Assembly (NCBI GenBank): GCA_964016885.1
Contig: OZ024756.1
Span: 29,016,001 to 29,080,000, forward strand
Direction: 5' to 3'
Source of the DNA: Eledone cirrhosa
Lineage: Eukaryota
DNA: 64,000 nucleotides
The notes beneath the pieces were generated by a model. The model did no database searches. It was not told the DNA's origin and saw nothing but the letters and a program-made list of their open reading frames with translations. Shown one piece after another: positions 27,439 through 40,487 of this stretch; position 1 is the stretch's first letter, and each line of letters begins with the position of its first letter. Both the position numbers and the translations under genes were made by a program.

Positions 27439-28165
27439 ATAACTATATATATATATATATATATATCACAGAAAAAAGAGAATCAGTGTTGTGATGAAAG
27501 GAATTTATTGGACATATTACAAATGTTTCTCGGGCGACCAGCTCGAGGCAGGATCAATATGGTGATCACACCTGCCTCTGAAATCAACACGGTCATCAGA
27601 TACGTCTTGATTCTACGAAGCAGATTTTCCTATAGTCTTTTAATATCGAATTTCTTCGTTTGTTGATTTATATATATATATATATATATATATAGTGGAA
27701 GTGAGAAAGAGATATAGAGAATGAATCAACTTCAATACTGGGCTAGCATTTTTTTTTTTTTTTGACCTTGAAAAGATGAAAGGTAAAGTTGACCTTGGTC
27801 AGTTTGGAACAGAGAGAGAGAGAGCTGGAACAAATACAGCAATGCATTCTATCTGACATTCTAATGACTCGGCCAATTCACCTCCTTCGGTGACCATTAA
27901 AGAATATTGATTATTGTGAAGTCTAGAATTTGAAGCAACTTTAATCCTTTCATTACCATATTTCTAATGAAAGACACTGCTTATTATTTTCAAATCACCA
28001 ATTATTAACCCCCTCGAAATGATGAAAGGAAAAATTGACCTCAGCAAAATTTAAATCTGAGCGCAGAGAGCTTGAACAAATTCTGCTAAGGATTCTATCC
28101 AATGTTCTAATGGTTTTGCCAATTCACTGTCTCACCGTAACACTTCTGAGTACCATAACTCTTAA

Positions 28166-28374
28166 CCCTTTAACATTTACATTTACATTACTCTATATAT
28201 ACTTTTATATTTTCATGGTAAAGGCTTTATCCCACATAATATCGAATCCATGAGATTTTGATATTATTTATTTTGAGAACAATACCTTAATATCAGTATG
28301 AGTGGCCGGTTACAGCCGGTTTTAGCAGAAAGAGGTGAGAGAATTCTGGCCGGATATGGTCGGTTTAAATGCTA
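28166..28374. mobile_element. piggyBac-like MITE (family 1)
   Basis: ttaa-ccctttaacattt .. taaatgcta; homologous to 39985-40200. Confidence 0.75.
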
Positions 28375-28426
28375 GTGGTTGTGGGACTCCCTAAAACATG
28401 GTGTTATTATGAGTATCCATCAGGAC

Positions 28427-28645
28427 AGTGGATTGGCAGTATCAGCAGAAGGGTAGACGTAGAGCTTTGCAGCATATAATTACGTCTTTTCTTTTATATT
28501 TTGAGTTCAAATCCTGCCGAGGTTAGCCTTGCCTTTCATCCTTACGGGGGTTGATAAAATAAAGTACCAGTAAAGCATTAGGGTCAATTTAATCGACTTT
28601 CTCCTCCCATTCAAATTGGTGGCCTTGTGCTTAAATCAGAAACTG
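28427..28645 (+). mobile_element. tRNA-derived Meta-domain-like SINE
   Basis: tggcagtatc..gagttcaaatcc..gcctttcatccttacgggg..gataaaataaagtaccag. Confidence 0.85.
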
Positions 28646-28939
28646 CTATTATGAGTATAGCTACAAACTATATAATTTTCTTTGTTTTTTTATGAAACCT
28701 CAACCAAGTCAACCTGTCTGTCTTCTTAGTATGGTGAATAAACAACAAAAGGCCTTCACGAGTCCAATGTCACTGTCATACTAAATGCATACACACATAA
28801 CTGTGTATATGTTCATTTATTAAAGTAATTACTCAGGCGAGTAAGTAGCAGTCATTAGGGCGTCAAATCAAAATATGCTTCTAGACTTGTTCTGGCTTAG
28901 AAATTGACAATTTGTCCAACCCATGTCACCATAGAAAAT

Positions 28940-29690
28940 AGAGCTGCTACTTCTTCGAATTGAGAGATCAGAGCTCCTATACTATGGAGCATATGGTTAG
29001 AATGTCTCGGGAAAGAATCACTGGACAGATCTGTAGCTTGGAGATCTGATTGTCACTCCAGGTAGCGCGTCTATGAATTGAGAGATCACAGCTCCGATAC
29101 TATGGACATGTGGTTAGAATGTCTTAGGAAAGAATCACTGGACAGATCTGTAGCTTGGAGATCTGATTGTCACTCCAGGTAGCGCTTCTATGAATTGAGA
29201 GATCACAGCTCCGATACTATGGACATGTGGTTAGAATGTCTTAGGAAAGAATCACTGGACAGATCTGTAGCTTGGAGATCTGATTGTCACTCCAGGTAGC
29301 GCTTCTATGAATTGAGAGATCACAGCTCCGATACTATGGACATGTGGTTAGAATGTCTCGGGAAAGAATCACTGGACAGATCTGTAGCTTGGAGATCTGA
29401 TAGTCACTCCAGATAGAGCTGTTACTTCTACGAATTGAGGGATCACAGCTCCGATACTATGGAGCATGTGGTTAGTCTGTCTTAGGAAAGAATTGCTCGA
29501 CAGATTTTAAAAGCAAAAAAAAAAAACCAATCGACAGAAGAAATCAGGGTGGACCCCAAACAAGACGGTTGGATAACATCCATGAGCTTGGCTGGTCACA
29601 CTTGGGGAGCCAGCCAGATCAGTTGGAGATGGTTGCTTCTGACAGGACCTGCTGGGAGGAGTATTTGAGGACTCTCCCCCCACGACCCTC
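28940..29690 (+). mobile_element. RTE-like LINE 3' end with ~117-bp internal segment tandemly amplified 5x
   Basis: gaattgagagatc units at 28957, 29075, 29192, 29309, 29432 encode RIERSQLRYYGHVVRMS; followed by a segment homologous to 58318-58550. Confidence 0.8.
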
Positions 29691-29873
29691 TCATATATAT
29701 ATATGTTTATCCCGAGTTCAATTAGGGGGTAACCACAGTAAGTAAGGTACTCAATACATAGCAGAATATAAATATTTAATATAGAAATGACTTCTACAGG
29801 ACTAGAACAGTTTCATTCGGGAGAATTCATCCTGGTGATTTCTCCTGAATGAAATAGTTCTAGACCTGTAGAA

Positions 29874-30578
<705 letters not shown>

Positions 30579-31039
30579 AGACTTTTTTTTCTTTTTCACC
30601 GTAAACACATGTCAAGTGCTTTGTGCTTGTATCATATAGGTCACGTGTACTCTGAAACAGGTCTGATGTTGTGGTAAGCTGTTCACTGTAGATAAAACCG
30701 TAACTAGCTTTATTAAAATGTGGTAGAATCGTTTGAGAATCCGGACAAAATGCCCTCTTGCGGTATTTAGTCACGGCTCTGTGCGTTCTGAGGTCAAATT
30801 ACGTCGAGGTCAACAATACTTTTTGCCTTTCAGATTCCGGTGTCGAAAAAACAAAACAAAAACAAATCTTTTGTGTTCGGACCTGGTGTATATATATATA
30901 TATGTGTATACAAGAGAGAATGAGTATTTGTTTTTCCTTGTTTTATTTAACTGAATATTGAGAAATCACCACTGGAAGTTTCTATATTTGACAATAAATT
31001 ACAATACTCTCTAGATTAACGTTACTCGATAGAGTGGGT

Positions 31040-31101
31040 GCGTATCCCGGGGACCTGAGAGTCACTCCAGGTAGAGCCGCTACTTCTGGACAGATTTTAC
31101 G

Positions 31102-31135
<34 letters not shown>

Positions 31136-31312
31136 AACAACAACAACCGGCAAAAGACCTCAGGGGTAGACTACGGGCAAGAATAACATCCATGAGATTG
31201 GCTGGTCTTGCTTGGGGATCCAGCCGGATCAGTTGAAGGGGGTTGCTTCTGACAAAAACCGCTGGAAGAAGGAGTATTTGAGGAGTCTTCCCCCACCCTC
31301 TCAGGAATAAGT
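31040..31312 (+). mobile_element. RTE-like LINE 3' fragment
   Basis: gataacatccatgag..gctggtc..ggatcagttg homologous to 58318-58550. Confidence 0.7.
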
Positions 31313-32275
31313 GCGGGGGGGGGGGGGGGGCAACAACAACAACAACAACAAAAAAGTCAAGTATTGGCTTCAATTTAATCGATTAAACAAAGAAAGGAAG
31401 AAAATCAATTAAATCGATGCAAGTGCTTGACTGATACTTTATTTTATCGACCTCGGAATGATGAAAAGCGAAGAGCCACCACTAAATGCCGCAAAGCTTT
31501 TTGTTCAACGCTCTACCGATTCTGCCAATACACTACCATCAGTTGCAAATAAACGATTTCTAATTTAGGCACGTCAGCAATTTGTAGGAAGGAGAAAGTC
31601 GGTGTTATCGATCCTAGTACATTACTGGTACTTTATTTTATCGACTCCCAGAATGATGAAAGGTAAACAAGTCTTCGGCCGGCCGAATGACATCTTGGGC
31701 AAATGTCATTTACCGTAGTCTCGGGTCGACCCATATCTGGTAAGTGAAATTGGGTAGACGGAAACTGTTTGGAAGCCCGTCGCGTGGATCCGACTGGGCC
31801 TGTAAATTCAAAGGGCCAGCCTAGTCTCACCGAATCTCCCTTTGGAATACGTTAAGAGTTCACGTGTCTATGGAATGTTGAGCCAGTGACGTGTAAATTT
31901 CTAGAGCAGCCTATTTCGCTGATCAAACAAATGGATCGCTCATCGTCGAAATCGACGGAGGTCTATTGTAGTCTCTCTCTCTCTGGAGAGAGAGAGAGAG
32001 AGAAAGAGTCAAAGGAAATGTATGTCCAAACACGTGCTCTCATCATTCAGTTTATTACATTGAATTCCCATTGTGAATATATTTGCTTGTGTGTGTGTCT
32101 GCTCGTAAGCGTGTATATATAAATATGTGTGTGCGTGTTTGCTCGTACGTTTGCGCATATGTGTGTGTCTGCTCGTAAGCGTGTGTATATATATATATGT
32201 ATATGAATGTGTGTGTGTGTGTGTTTGCTCGTACGTCTGTGCATGTGTGGGTTTGCTCGTAAGCGTATATGGGTG

Positions 32276-32315
<40 letters not shown>

Positions 32316-33299
32316 CGTGTGTTTGCTCGTATACGTGTGTATATGTGTGTTTCTTGTACATTTATGTACCCGTCTTTGTTTCTTTATCTCTGTGTATGTG
32401 TGCATGTATCTAACTCTTTATCTGTGCGTATGTATGCGTGTCTCTTTAACTGTGTGTGTATGTGTGCTTTTGTTTACCCTTTATTTTTCATGAAAGCAGT
32501 GCAATCGAGTACTTCTGTTAAAAGTACCTTTGAGTACTCATTCTCAACTTCTAGGCCACGACAGCGCTGCTCCAGCCTGACCAGAACTACAATAGTTTGG
32601 AAGGGGGCGGATGAGAACGTGGGGGCGGTTACAACAACAAAAAACACTGAAGTTTATCCCGCTTCCATGGCAAACAATGGGCTTCCGCAGAGTTTCCATC
32701 AACCATATTTCACTCACATGGCATTGGCCAACCCGTAGCTACCCAAAGTGCCACGTAGGGGGGCTAAACTCAGAACCATGTGGTTGCGAAACGAACTCGT
32801 TAACTACAGTCATACAAAAAATAAGCACGGTACGCCCTTTTCTCTTTTGAGTGCAGGGAATATACAAAAACAGAAATTAAGTAGGTTTCGTTGTTTACGT
32901 TTCGTTTTTTTTAATTTTTTTTTTAATTTTCTGCCATGAAAGTTTACTTTCACTTTAGTATCAACTCTCAAATAGGATAATGCCCGTGTCTGCTTTATCA
33001 GGTCTGACCTAGGAGGAGGGGGTGAGGGTGAACGACACCATAACACACTTTCTCTGGTTTTTTTTGCTTTGTTTCTCGCTATCAATCGCACATTTTAAAC
33101 ACATACGCTCGGGGTCCCAAATAATAGGGGTGGTGGTGGTGGTGGTGGAGATTTGGTTAAATTCTTATAAGATGGGGGGTGGGGTCGGTAATTGTATAGG
33201 TACGTTCGTAAATATGGGATTTCTTGTAATGGTCATTTTTTTTTTTTGTCATAATGTTTTTTAATGTAAAATAAAATTATTATTATTATTAGATTCTCC

Positions 33300-33487
33300 A
33301 GTGGATTGGCAGTATCGGTAGAGGGTCTGACGCCATGCTTTGAAGCATAGAGTTACGGCTCTTTATGGTCTGAGTTCAAATCCCGCCGAGGTTAACTTTG
33401 CCTTTCATCCTTACGGGGTCGATAAAATAAAGTACCAGTAATGCACTGGGATAATTGCTGGCCTTGTGCCAAAAGTAGAAACAATTA
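33300..33487 (+). mobile_element. tRNA-derived Meta-domain-like SINE (full length)
   Basis: A box tggcagtatcgg, B box gagttcaaatcc, core gcctttcatccttacggggtcgataaaataaagtaccag, tail ccttgtgccaaaagtagaaacaatta. Confidence 0.9.
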
Positions 33488-33633
33488 TATTCCCCAGTTG
33501 CTGTGTGAATAGGAATCAATTACAATTAAATTTCGCCGGAGATAGATTAGCAAAATTTTTTAAGCGGGTGGGAGGGTGTGTGTGATTATTCAAGACCAGA
33601 GAGTATACACACACGCAGATACGCACAGGCGCG

Positions 33634-33738
<105 letters not shown>

Positions 33739-33773
33739 CTCTCTTTCTCTCTCTCTCTCTCTCTAAAGAAACT

Positions 33774-33945
33774 AAAGAAAGTGTGGTAAAGAACCAGGTG
33801 AACCATAATGCGCCAGAGTACTTAGGGTAGTAGAGTGGGTAAGAGGAAAAAAAGTCAGGACCCCCGACGACTGACCTCCGGCCGTTTCGATAGCTAGATC
33901 CGAACTAAACCGGAGCTCAGCCGTCGGGGTACTGACTGTTTTCCT
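33774..33945 (-). mobile_element. Fold-back element family B (diverged)
   Basis: gtgtggtaa..gagtacttagggtagtagagtggg..gacccccgacg..gccgtcggggt. Confidence 0.75.
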
Positions 33946-34353
33946 ATATATATATATATACACACACACACTAAATTTAGTAAGCGTGGAGGGTGGGGAA
34001 AAATCTGAAAAATGAATAAGCGGAGTGGGAGGCCAATTATTGGAGACCTGAGAGTATCAGATATTAATATCATAAAAACAGTTAATTGCTAGGCATTCTT
34101 AACTTCTGATCTCTTCTCAAGGGAATACAGGTTTTTGATATTACCTCTCTACTGGTGTGCACACACACACATACACGTACACACATGCGTTACTGAGAGC
34201 ACACAGACTAAAGCACATGCACAACACGTTACAAATAGTGCACAAACTATAACACACTAACACGTGCATACATATTCACACATGTGCATACATGTTACTA
34301 AGAACAGATTGACTAAAACCCTCACATGCATTGAAAAAACACACACACATATA

Positions 34354-34890
34354 TACAGGGTGGACTGGGTACTATTTTCTTATGTCACCAGGGTGGACTG
34401 GGTGCTTTTTTTTCTTATGTCACCAGCATGATCACCTAACAGGGTGGACTGGGTGCTTTTTTTTCTTATGTCACCAGCATGACCACCTTACAGGGTGGAC
34501 TGGGTGCTTTTTTTTCTTATGTCACCAGCATGACCACCTTACAGGGTGGACTGGGTGCTTTTTTTTCTTATGTCACCAGCATTACCACCTTACAGAGTGG
34601 ACTGGGTGCTCTTTTTTCTTATGTCACCAGCATGACCACCTTACAGGGTGGACTGGGTGCTTTTTTTTTCTTATGTCACCAGCATTACCACCTTACAGGG
34701 TGGACTGGGTGCTTTTTTTTCTTATGTCACCAGCATGACCACCTTACAGAGTGGACTGGGTGCTTTTTTTTCTTATGTCACCAGCATGACCACCTTACAG
34801 GGTGGACTGGGTGCTTTTTTTTTCTTATGTCACCAGCATGACCACCTTACAGGGTGGACTGGGTGGTTTTTTTTTCTCGTATCACCAGCA
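34354..34890. repeat. 51-52-bp minisatellite, ~10 copies
   Basis: Unit tacagggtggactgggtgctttttttcttatgtcaccagcatgaccacct. Confidence 0.95.
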
Positions 34891-34894
34891 TACA

Positions 34895-34933
<39 letters not shown>

Positions 34934-36092
34934 AAAAGAGACATTTGCAAGAAACAGTGTCTTAAAGGTATAATTTTCATAACATTAAGTGGATTGAGCC
35001 CCAGTCGTTACCACAAGCAATGCTTCGTGGCTACATATATAGATTTCTAATATACTGTCATGATACACACATTTGATTTGGATTTGATTTCAAAATCTTT
35101 GAACTGGGAGTTCAGTTTTGGATCCAGTGTGGAGGTTGTTGTTACAACTAACACCTTACATAGCTTCTGCCAGCTTCTTATTAGGTTGCAACTCAAATTT
35201 TGTGAATTTTTTTTTATTATTAAAATTATCTAAAGCTGGGCAATTTTTTGCCTAATCTCCAGCTGGTCTCACTTGGGGATCCAGTCGAATCGATTGGAAA
35301 CAGTTGTTTCAGACAGGATCCACTGGGTGCTGTGTTTGAGAACTCTGCCCCCAGGAATAACTGAGCAAAGGAGTAATAGTGAAAGGAGGTGTATGGCCTA
35401 GTGGTTAGAATGTTGGACTCAACAATCAGTAGGTCTTGGGTTCAATTCAATTTCTGTATCAGCCAGCCTATTGTTCTTAAGCAAGGCATTTCATTTCATG
35501 ATAGCATTGGGAGACCTACCATTAAAACACACTACAGAAACCTCCTATCAGTTGTTAACTTCATATGAGGCCTGCTACACCTGAACAGGTGTGAGCTAGA
35601 CATTTCATTTTATTTCATTCCATTTCATTTCAAATTTCAGTTTTGTTTCACACCTACATAGATTTAGCTGCCTTCCTATGAGGTTGCACCTCAGATTTTG
35701 TCTAATTTTTGCCTAGAGCTGGCCCAATGTTCATCAATTCCAGTGCTGGCAAGAAACATGCAATCATCCTATATTTATTACATCAGCAAAAGAAATAATA
35801 ATTTATCTGTAGGCTAATCAGATAGTAACAAGTCATACTTTATATGATCTCGGCTGATAACACAAAGAATCACAAATCAGTTGATGAAACTAGAATGTTA
35901 GAAACGTCAGATGAAACAATGGATTATTTATTTCAAATCTCTGTTTTACCACAGACGTGTCAAAAGGCACTGGAAACTTATGTGGCTTCTCAGCCTGCTG
36001 GAAATAGCAACCAAATCTACTTCATGTCACATTCTGCATTTTAGAAATAAAAAAAATTCATGTGTAGAGCAGACTTCTATTACCTTGAGCTT

Positions 36093-36275
36093 TGTAAAGG
36101 GTCGGCATTGGTGGTATTTACTTTAGGGATCTTATGTGAGGCTGCTATTTAATTGTAAAGGCTCAGTATTGGTGGTACCTGTTTTAAGAGTCTTATGTGA
36201 GGTTGCTATTACATTGTAAAGGCTCAGCATTGGTGTTATTTGTTTTAGGGATCTTATTTAGGGCTGTTATTAAAT
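36093..36275. repeat. ~61-bp tandem repeat, 3 copies
   Basis: tgtaaaggctcagcattggtgg..ggatcttatgtgaggctgctatt. Confidence 0.8.
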
Positions 36276-37242
36276 TATAAATTTGGCCCTTTTTAAGGCC
36301 CTTTTTAAAGCAATGTTTTATACGAATAGATGCCCTTCCTAGTGTTAACCTTATTAGTCACTATTTACAACATGCAGGGATACAGTGTGCCTAGTTTAAA
36401 CGGGATACAGTTGCTTTATTTGATCTTAGCTCTGTTGGAACAGGGTTGACCTAGGGCTAAACGACAACAAATGACAAGATGGTTACCACTGAAGCACTTT
36501 TTATCATGGATCTATTGAGACAAGGCTAACCTAGAGCTAAACAACCACATGAGAATATACCATGAAAATATAATAGTAAATATAGAGTAATGTAAAGCTG
36601 GTGTTTGGAATATAATGTAGTACATATTCTTCTATAAAATCATGATAAAAGTTTTTTTTTCAGATAAATATAAACTCATTATTTGTTAAGTGTATAAATA
36701 GATACACATTTCTAATATGTCGCCATTTAAACATGCTGGAAAATAAGAATTTCCCTGTATATTGAAAAAGTGATGAAATGGTATTTTTTCAATTTACAGG
36801 GAAATTCGTATTTTCTGGCATGTTTACATGCCTGCATATTAGACATGTGTATACATACACATTGGTACAGACTTGGTTACACACTCTGTATTTATACAGA
36901 TGTAACTTTATCATAACCTATATGTCTATATGTATCTGGTTTAGAATAGTTATACCATATTCTTGCATGTCTGAAGAAGTGTTTCTGTATATATATATAT
37001 ATATGTACATGTGTATGTCTGTATATATCTATATCTATGTATGTGTATATATGTGTGTATGTCTGTATATATATGTATGTGTATATATGTGTGTCTGTAT
37101 CTACTATAGGCACCCGTTTTACGTGTGTTGTATTGAAGCGAATAACTATGTGTATACTCTGGGAATGTATCCTACATTGCCTATTGAGTACACTGAGATA
37201 CAACTGGTACTGGCATTGATAAATATGCTGGGTCCGTCAGCT

Positions 37243-37285
<43 letters not shown>

Positions 37286-37325
37286 TTCAAATATTAACAA
37301 AATAGATATTCTTGTGATCAATTAA

Positions 37326-37391
37326 ATTTTATTATACATATTTCAGAGGTACTTGAATCAGGTTCAACAGTACGTCCTCATCAGATAAAAT
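37326..37391 (-). ncRNA. Minimal type-I hammerhead ribozyme
   Basis: ATTTTAT-CTGATGA-GGACGTAC tg TTGAA cctga TTCAA GTACCTCT-GAAA-TATGTA-TA-ATAAAAT. Confidence 0.85.
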
Positions 37392-37498
37392 AAAATTATA
37401 CATGACATACCCTGACATGTTAGATGGTTAAGATTTAATCAAGGTAGTTGATTAAATCTTAACCATCTACCATGTCAGGGTATGTCATGTATCATTTT

Positions 37499-37564
37499 AT
37501 TTTATCTGATGAGGACGTACTGTTGAACCTGATTCAAGTACCTCTGAAATATGTATAATAAAAT
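37499..37564 (+). ncRNA. Minimal type-I hammerhead ribozyme
   Basis: Identical motif on the + strand. Confidence 0.85.
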
Positions 37565-37706
37565 TTAATTGATCACAAGGATATCTATTTTGTTAATATT
37601 TAAATTAATATTAATAACACTGGAAAATATTTTTACTGTAGAGTGCTTCCAATCTACTGTAAAACTCATTCTTTGATGTACTCATTGAATCTTGTTTAAC
37701 TCTTTA

Positions 37707-37800
<94 letters not shown>

Positions 37801-38511
37801 GTATATCAACATATATACATATATATATATACATATACATATGGTGGCTGCCAACTCGTTTTTGAGTACGGCCACTACTTTATATCCATGTAGGAGAACC
37901 CCTACCGATGCGCTGAACGAGTGTGACTTTTTAGTCCAGCCAGCGACTTGAAAACTCTGGTACAAACACTACACTTGTGACAACTATTGACACATAGTGC
38001 TTGGCCCATGGTACCATGTGACGACACGTGCAGAGAGGTCTCCAGATATAAAGCAATGCCTGTGCCGTGAAGCTTTTATAGTGAACAAAGGCACTGCACA
38101 AAGCCAGTCCCACTCTCTTAACCAAGATGATATTTACCAAAAAGAAAAACAAGTCAACATCATTGGATACCATCAGGGTTGCAGGTGTTATATCAGAGTT
38201 TTCCTTCTAGAATTCTGCTTTGGCAAAGGCTAAGGGGTCATCTCTCCCGGTGATTTTGGATGGCCATTGACTCTTAAGAGCTCCTTTGCCCTTTGTCAGG
38301 TTTTGTTTTTAGTCCTGCAGGATGTCCAAAGTCACCCTCCTCACCAAGAACCCTTGGTGGGGTTGCCAGTTTAGTCGCCAACGACCTGACCATGAGACAG
38401 GTTGTACTGGGATACATGTTACCAGTAGCACCAACTGGTGATCTGACATATACATATATATGTATATATACATATATGTATATGTGTCTGTGTATATATG
38501 TGTTGTGTGTT

Positions 38512-38545
<34 letters not shown>

Positions 38546-38608
38546 AGTGTGTGTAGAGGTTTTATCATTGTTACACTTTAGTGTATGTTACATATGCACA
38601 CACACACT

Positions 38609-38654
<46 letters not shown>

Positions 38655-38889
38655 TGCTATCTTTGTACTTATTGTCTTATCAAATAGTAGATTAAAAACA
38701 AAAAAAGAAACTTCATTTTAGCCTAGTTCTCAGTTTTATTATTATTATTATTTTGATTTAATTTAGTTGTTCCTGGTACACAGACAGAAATGCCAGCTCA
38801 CTGCGTGTTTCATGTGATGGTGCATGCTTAGTGCACCCACCTGTGCACATATTCAGGACAGCGTTCTCCCTCCTCCTGCTATTGACACC

Positions 38890-39165
38890 ACCACCACCAC
38901 TACTACTACTACTACTATATCACCACCACCACCACTACTACTACTACTACATCACCATCGTTAATCACCACCACCACCATCACCACTACTATATCACTAA
39001 CACCGCCACCACCACCATCATCACCACTACTATATCACCAACACCGCCGCCACCACCAACCCCACCACCACCAACCCCACCACCACCAACACCACCACCA
39101 TCACCACTACTATATCACCGCCGCCACCACCACCACCACCACTATCACCACCACCACCACCATCT
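38890..39165. repeat. (CAC)n low-complexity tract
   Basis: Directly visible. Confidence 0.9.
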
Positions 39166-39780
39166 ACACACAATCTGTTCAGTCACTGGCCTACTTCCAG
39201 CGTCCTGTTTCTTGTCACTACCAACCATGGTGCCCCCCCCCCTCCTCCCCACGCCGTCCCATGGTTTCTCAACTTAACAATGTTGCACACATATATATAT
39301 AGACCCCTTCTCAGCATTTTAACCCTTTCCTCATCATATTTCTAATGAAATACACTCTATTTAATTTAATTAAGGAAGTATTTTGGGGTGGAGGTCATTT
39401 TATACTAAAATAATTGTTTCATTATGAAGAGAGTAACTTAACATATGGTTCTTATTTATAATTATTGGTAGCTTTAATTTAGGTAGAGGGTATTCTAAAA
39501 ATATATTGCAGTCTCCATTTCATGCCGCAAAAACTGGCAGTGGGGCCTAAGACCTGTCCTGGGAGGCATGGGATAGGCGCGCTCTGATTGCGTCTCCTGA
39601 GACCCCAAAGAGCGTTCGGAAGGGAGAAAACCTTAACAATTGGAACAAAGGGGAACTCTTTGCGATGGATGGGAATCGGTAATTTTTCTAGGTTGTCTCC
39701 GTTGAATTTTTTTTAAAAAACAAAAATTAGGTATTATTATTCGCGATCCAAGAGTATTAAAAAATTTCATGAAATTAAAT

Positions 39781-39968
39781 AATTGTTTCTACTTTTAGCA
39801 CAAGGCCAGCAATTATCCCAGTGCGTTACTGGTACTTTATTTTATCGATCCCGTAAGGATGAAAGGTAAAGTTAACTTCGGCGGGATTTGAACTCAAACC
39901 CTAAAGGGATGTAACTCTATGTTGGAAAGCATGGTGCCTGAGACCCTCTACCGATACTGCCAATCCAC
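39781..39968 (-). mobile_element. Meta-domain-like SINE
   Basis: Reverse complement of 33300-33487. Confidence 0.9.
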
Positions 39969-39984
39969 CTTGTTTAAATAATAA

Positions 39985-40200
39985 CCCTTTAGCATTTACA
40001 CTATATATATACTATTGTATTTTCACGGTAAACACTTTATTTCACATAATTATCTCATAATATCGAATCTATGAGATTTTGATATTATTTATTTTGAAAA
40101 CAATACTTTAACATCAGTATGAGTGGCTGTTTATGGTCCGTTTAAACAGAAAGGGGCGAGATAATTCTGACCGGATATGGCCGGTTTAAATGCTAAAGGG
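39985..40200. mobile_element. piggyBac-like MITE (family 1), 216 bp
   Basis: TIRs CCCTTTAGCATTTA / TAAATGCTAAAGGG with ATAA/TTAA flanks; truncated copy 56279-56447. Confidence 0.8.
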
Positions 40201-40252
40201 TTAAGAGCTAATAATATTCAGTCACTAGAAATGTTCTCTCGGTAATCTGTAG

Positions 40253-40381
40253 CATGTACACAATAGTGGGCAAAGGAATATTGATGCTAGTCTCTTGAGT
40301 GGATCAGAGAATGCCGTCCTCAGTCTGACTTCTCCCTCTCTATTTCATGTGATACAACGTTTGACTCTTCACAAGAATCAG
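40253..40381 (+). CDS. Candidate internal exon, unknown gene
   Basis: tctgtag| 129 nt open (HVHNSGQRNIDASLLSGSENAVLSLTSPSLFHVIQRLTLHKNQ) |gtaaga, strong donor. Confidence 0.35.
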
Positions 40382-40487
40382 GTAAGACACACAATGGAGT
40401 ACTGTTTCCATATATGGGTTAGTGTTGCTGCTGCCACACACACACATTCTCTCACACACGCATCCTAGACCCCATCCAGAAAAAAGT

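Larger units (their letters stand above)
37281..37708 (+). mobile_element. Fold-back element family D with two divergently oriented hammerheads
   Basis: ~330-bp near-perfect palindrome 37281-37609 plus tail gagtgcttccaatc; between (TA)n and (TG)n. Confidence 0.85.

Noticed and set aside
28730-28846. Strong acceptor/donor pair
   Set aside because: All three frames are closed; at most a non-coding exon, unsupported here.
33300-33400. Functional tRNA genes at A/B-box sites
   Set aside because: The boxes are heads of multi-copy SINEs with no complete cloverleaf.
38365-38446. Possible HDV-like ribozyme on - strand in an RTE-like 5' region
   Set aside because: P2- and P3-like pairings are visible, but P1 and P1.1 could not be assigned.
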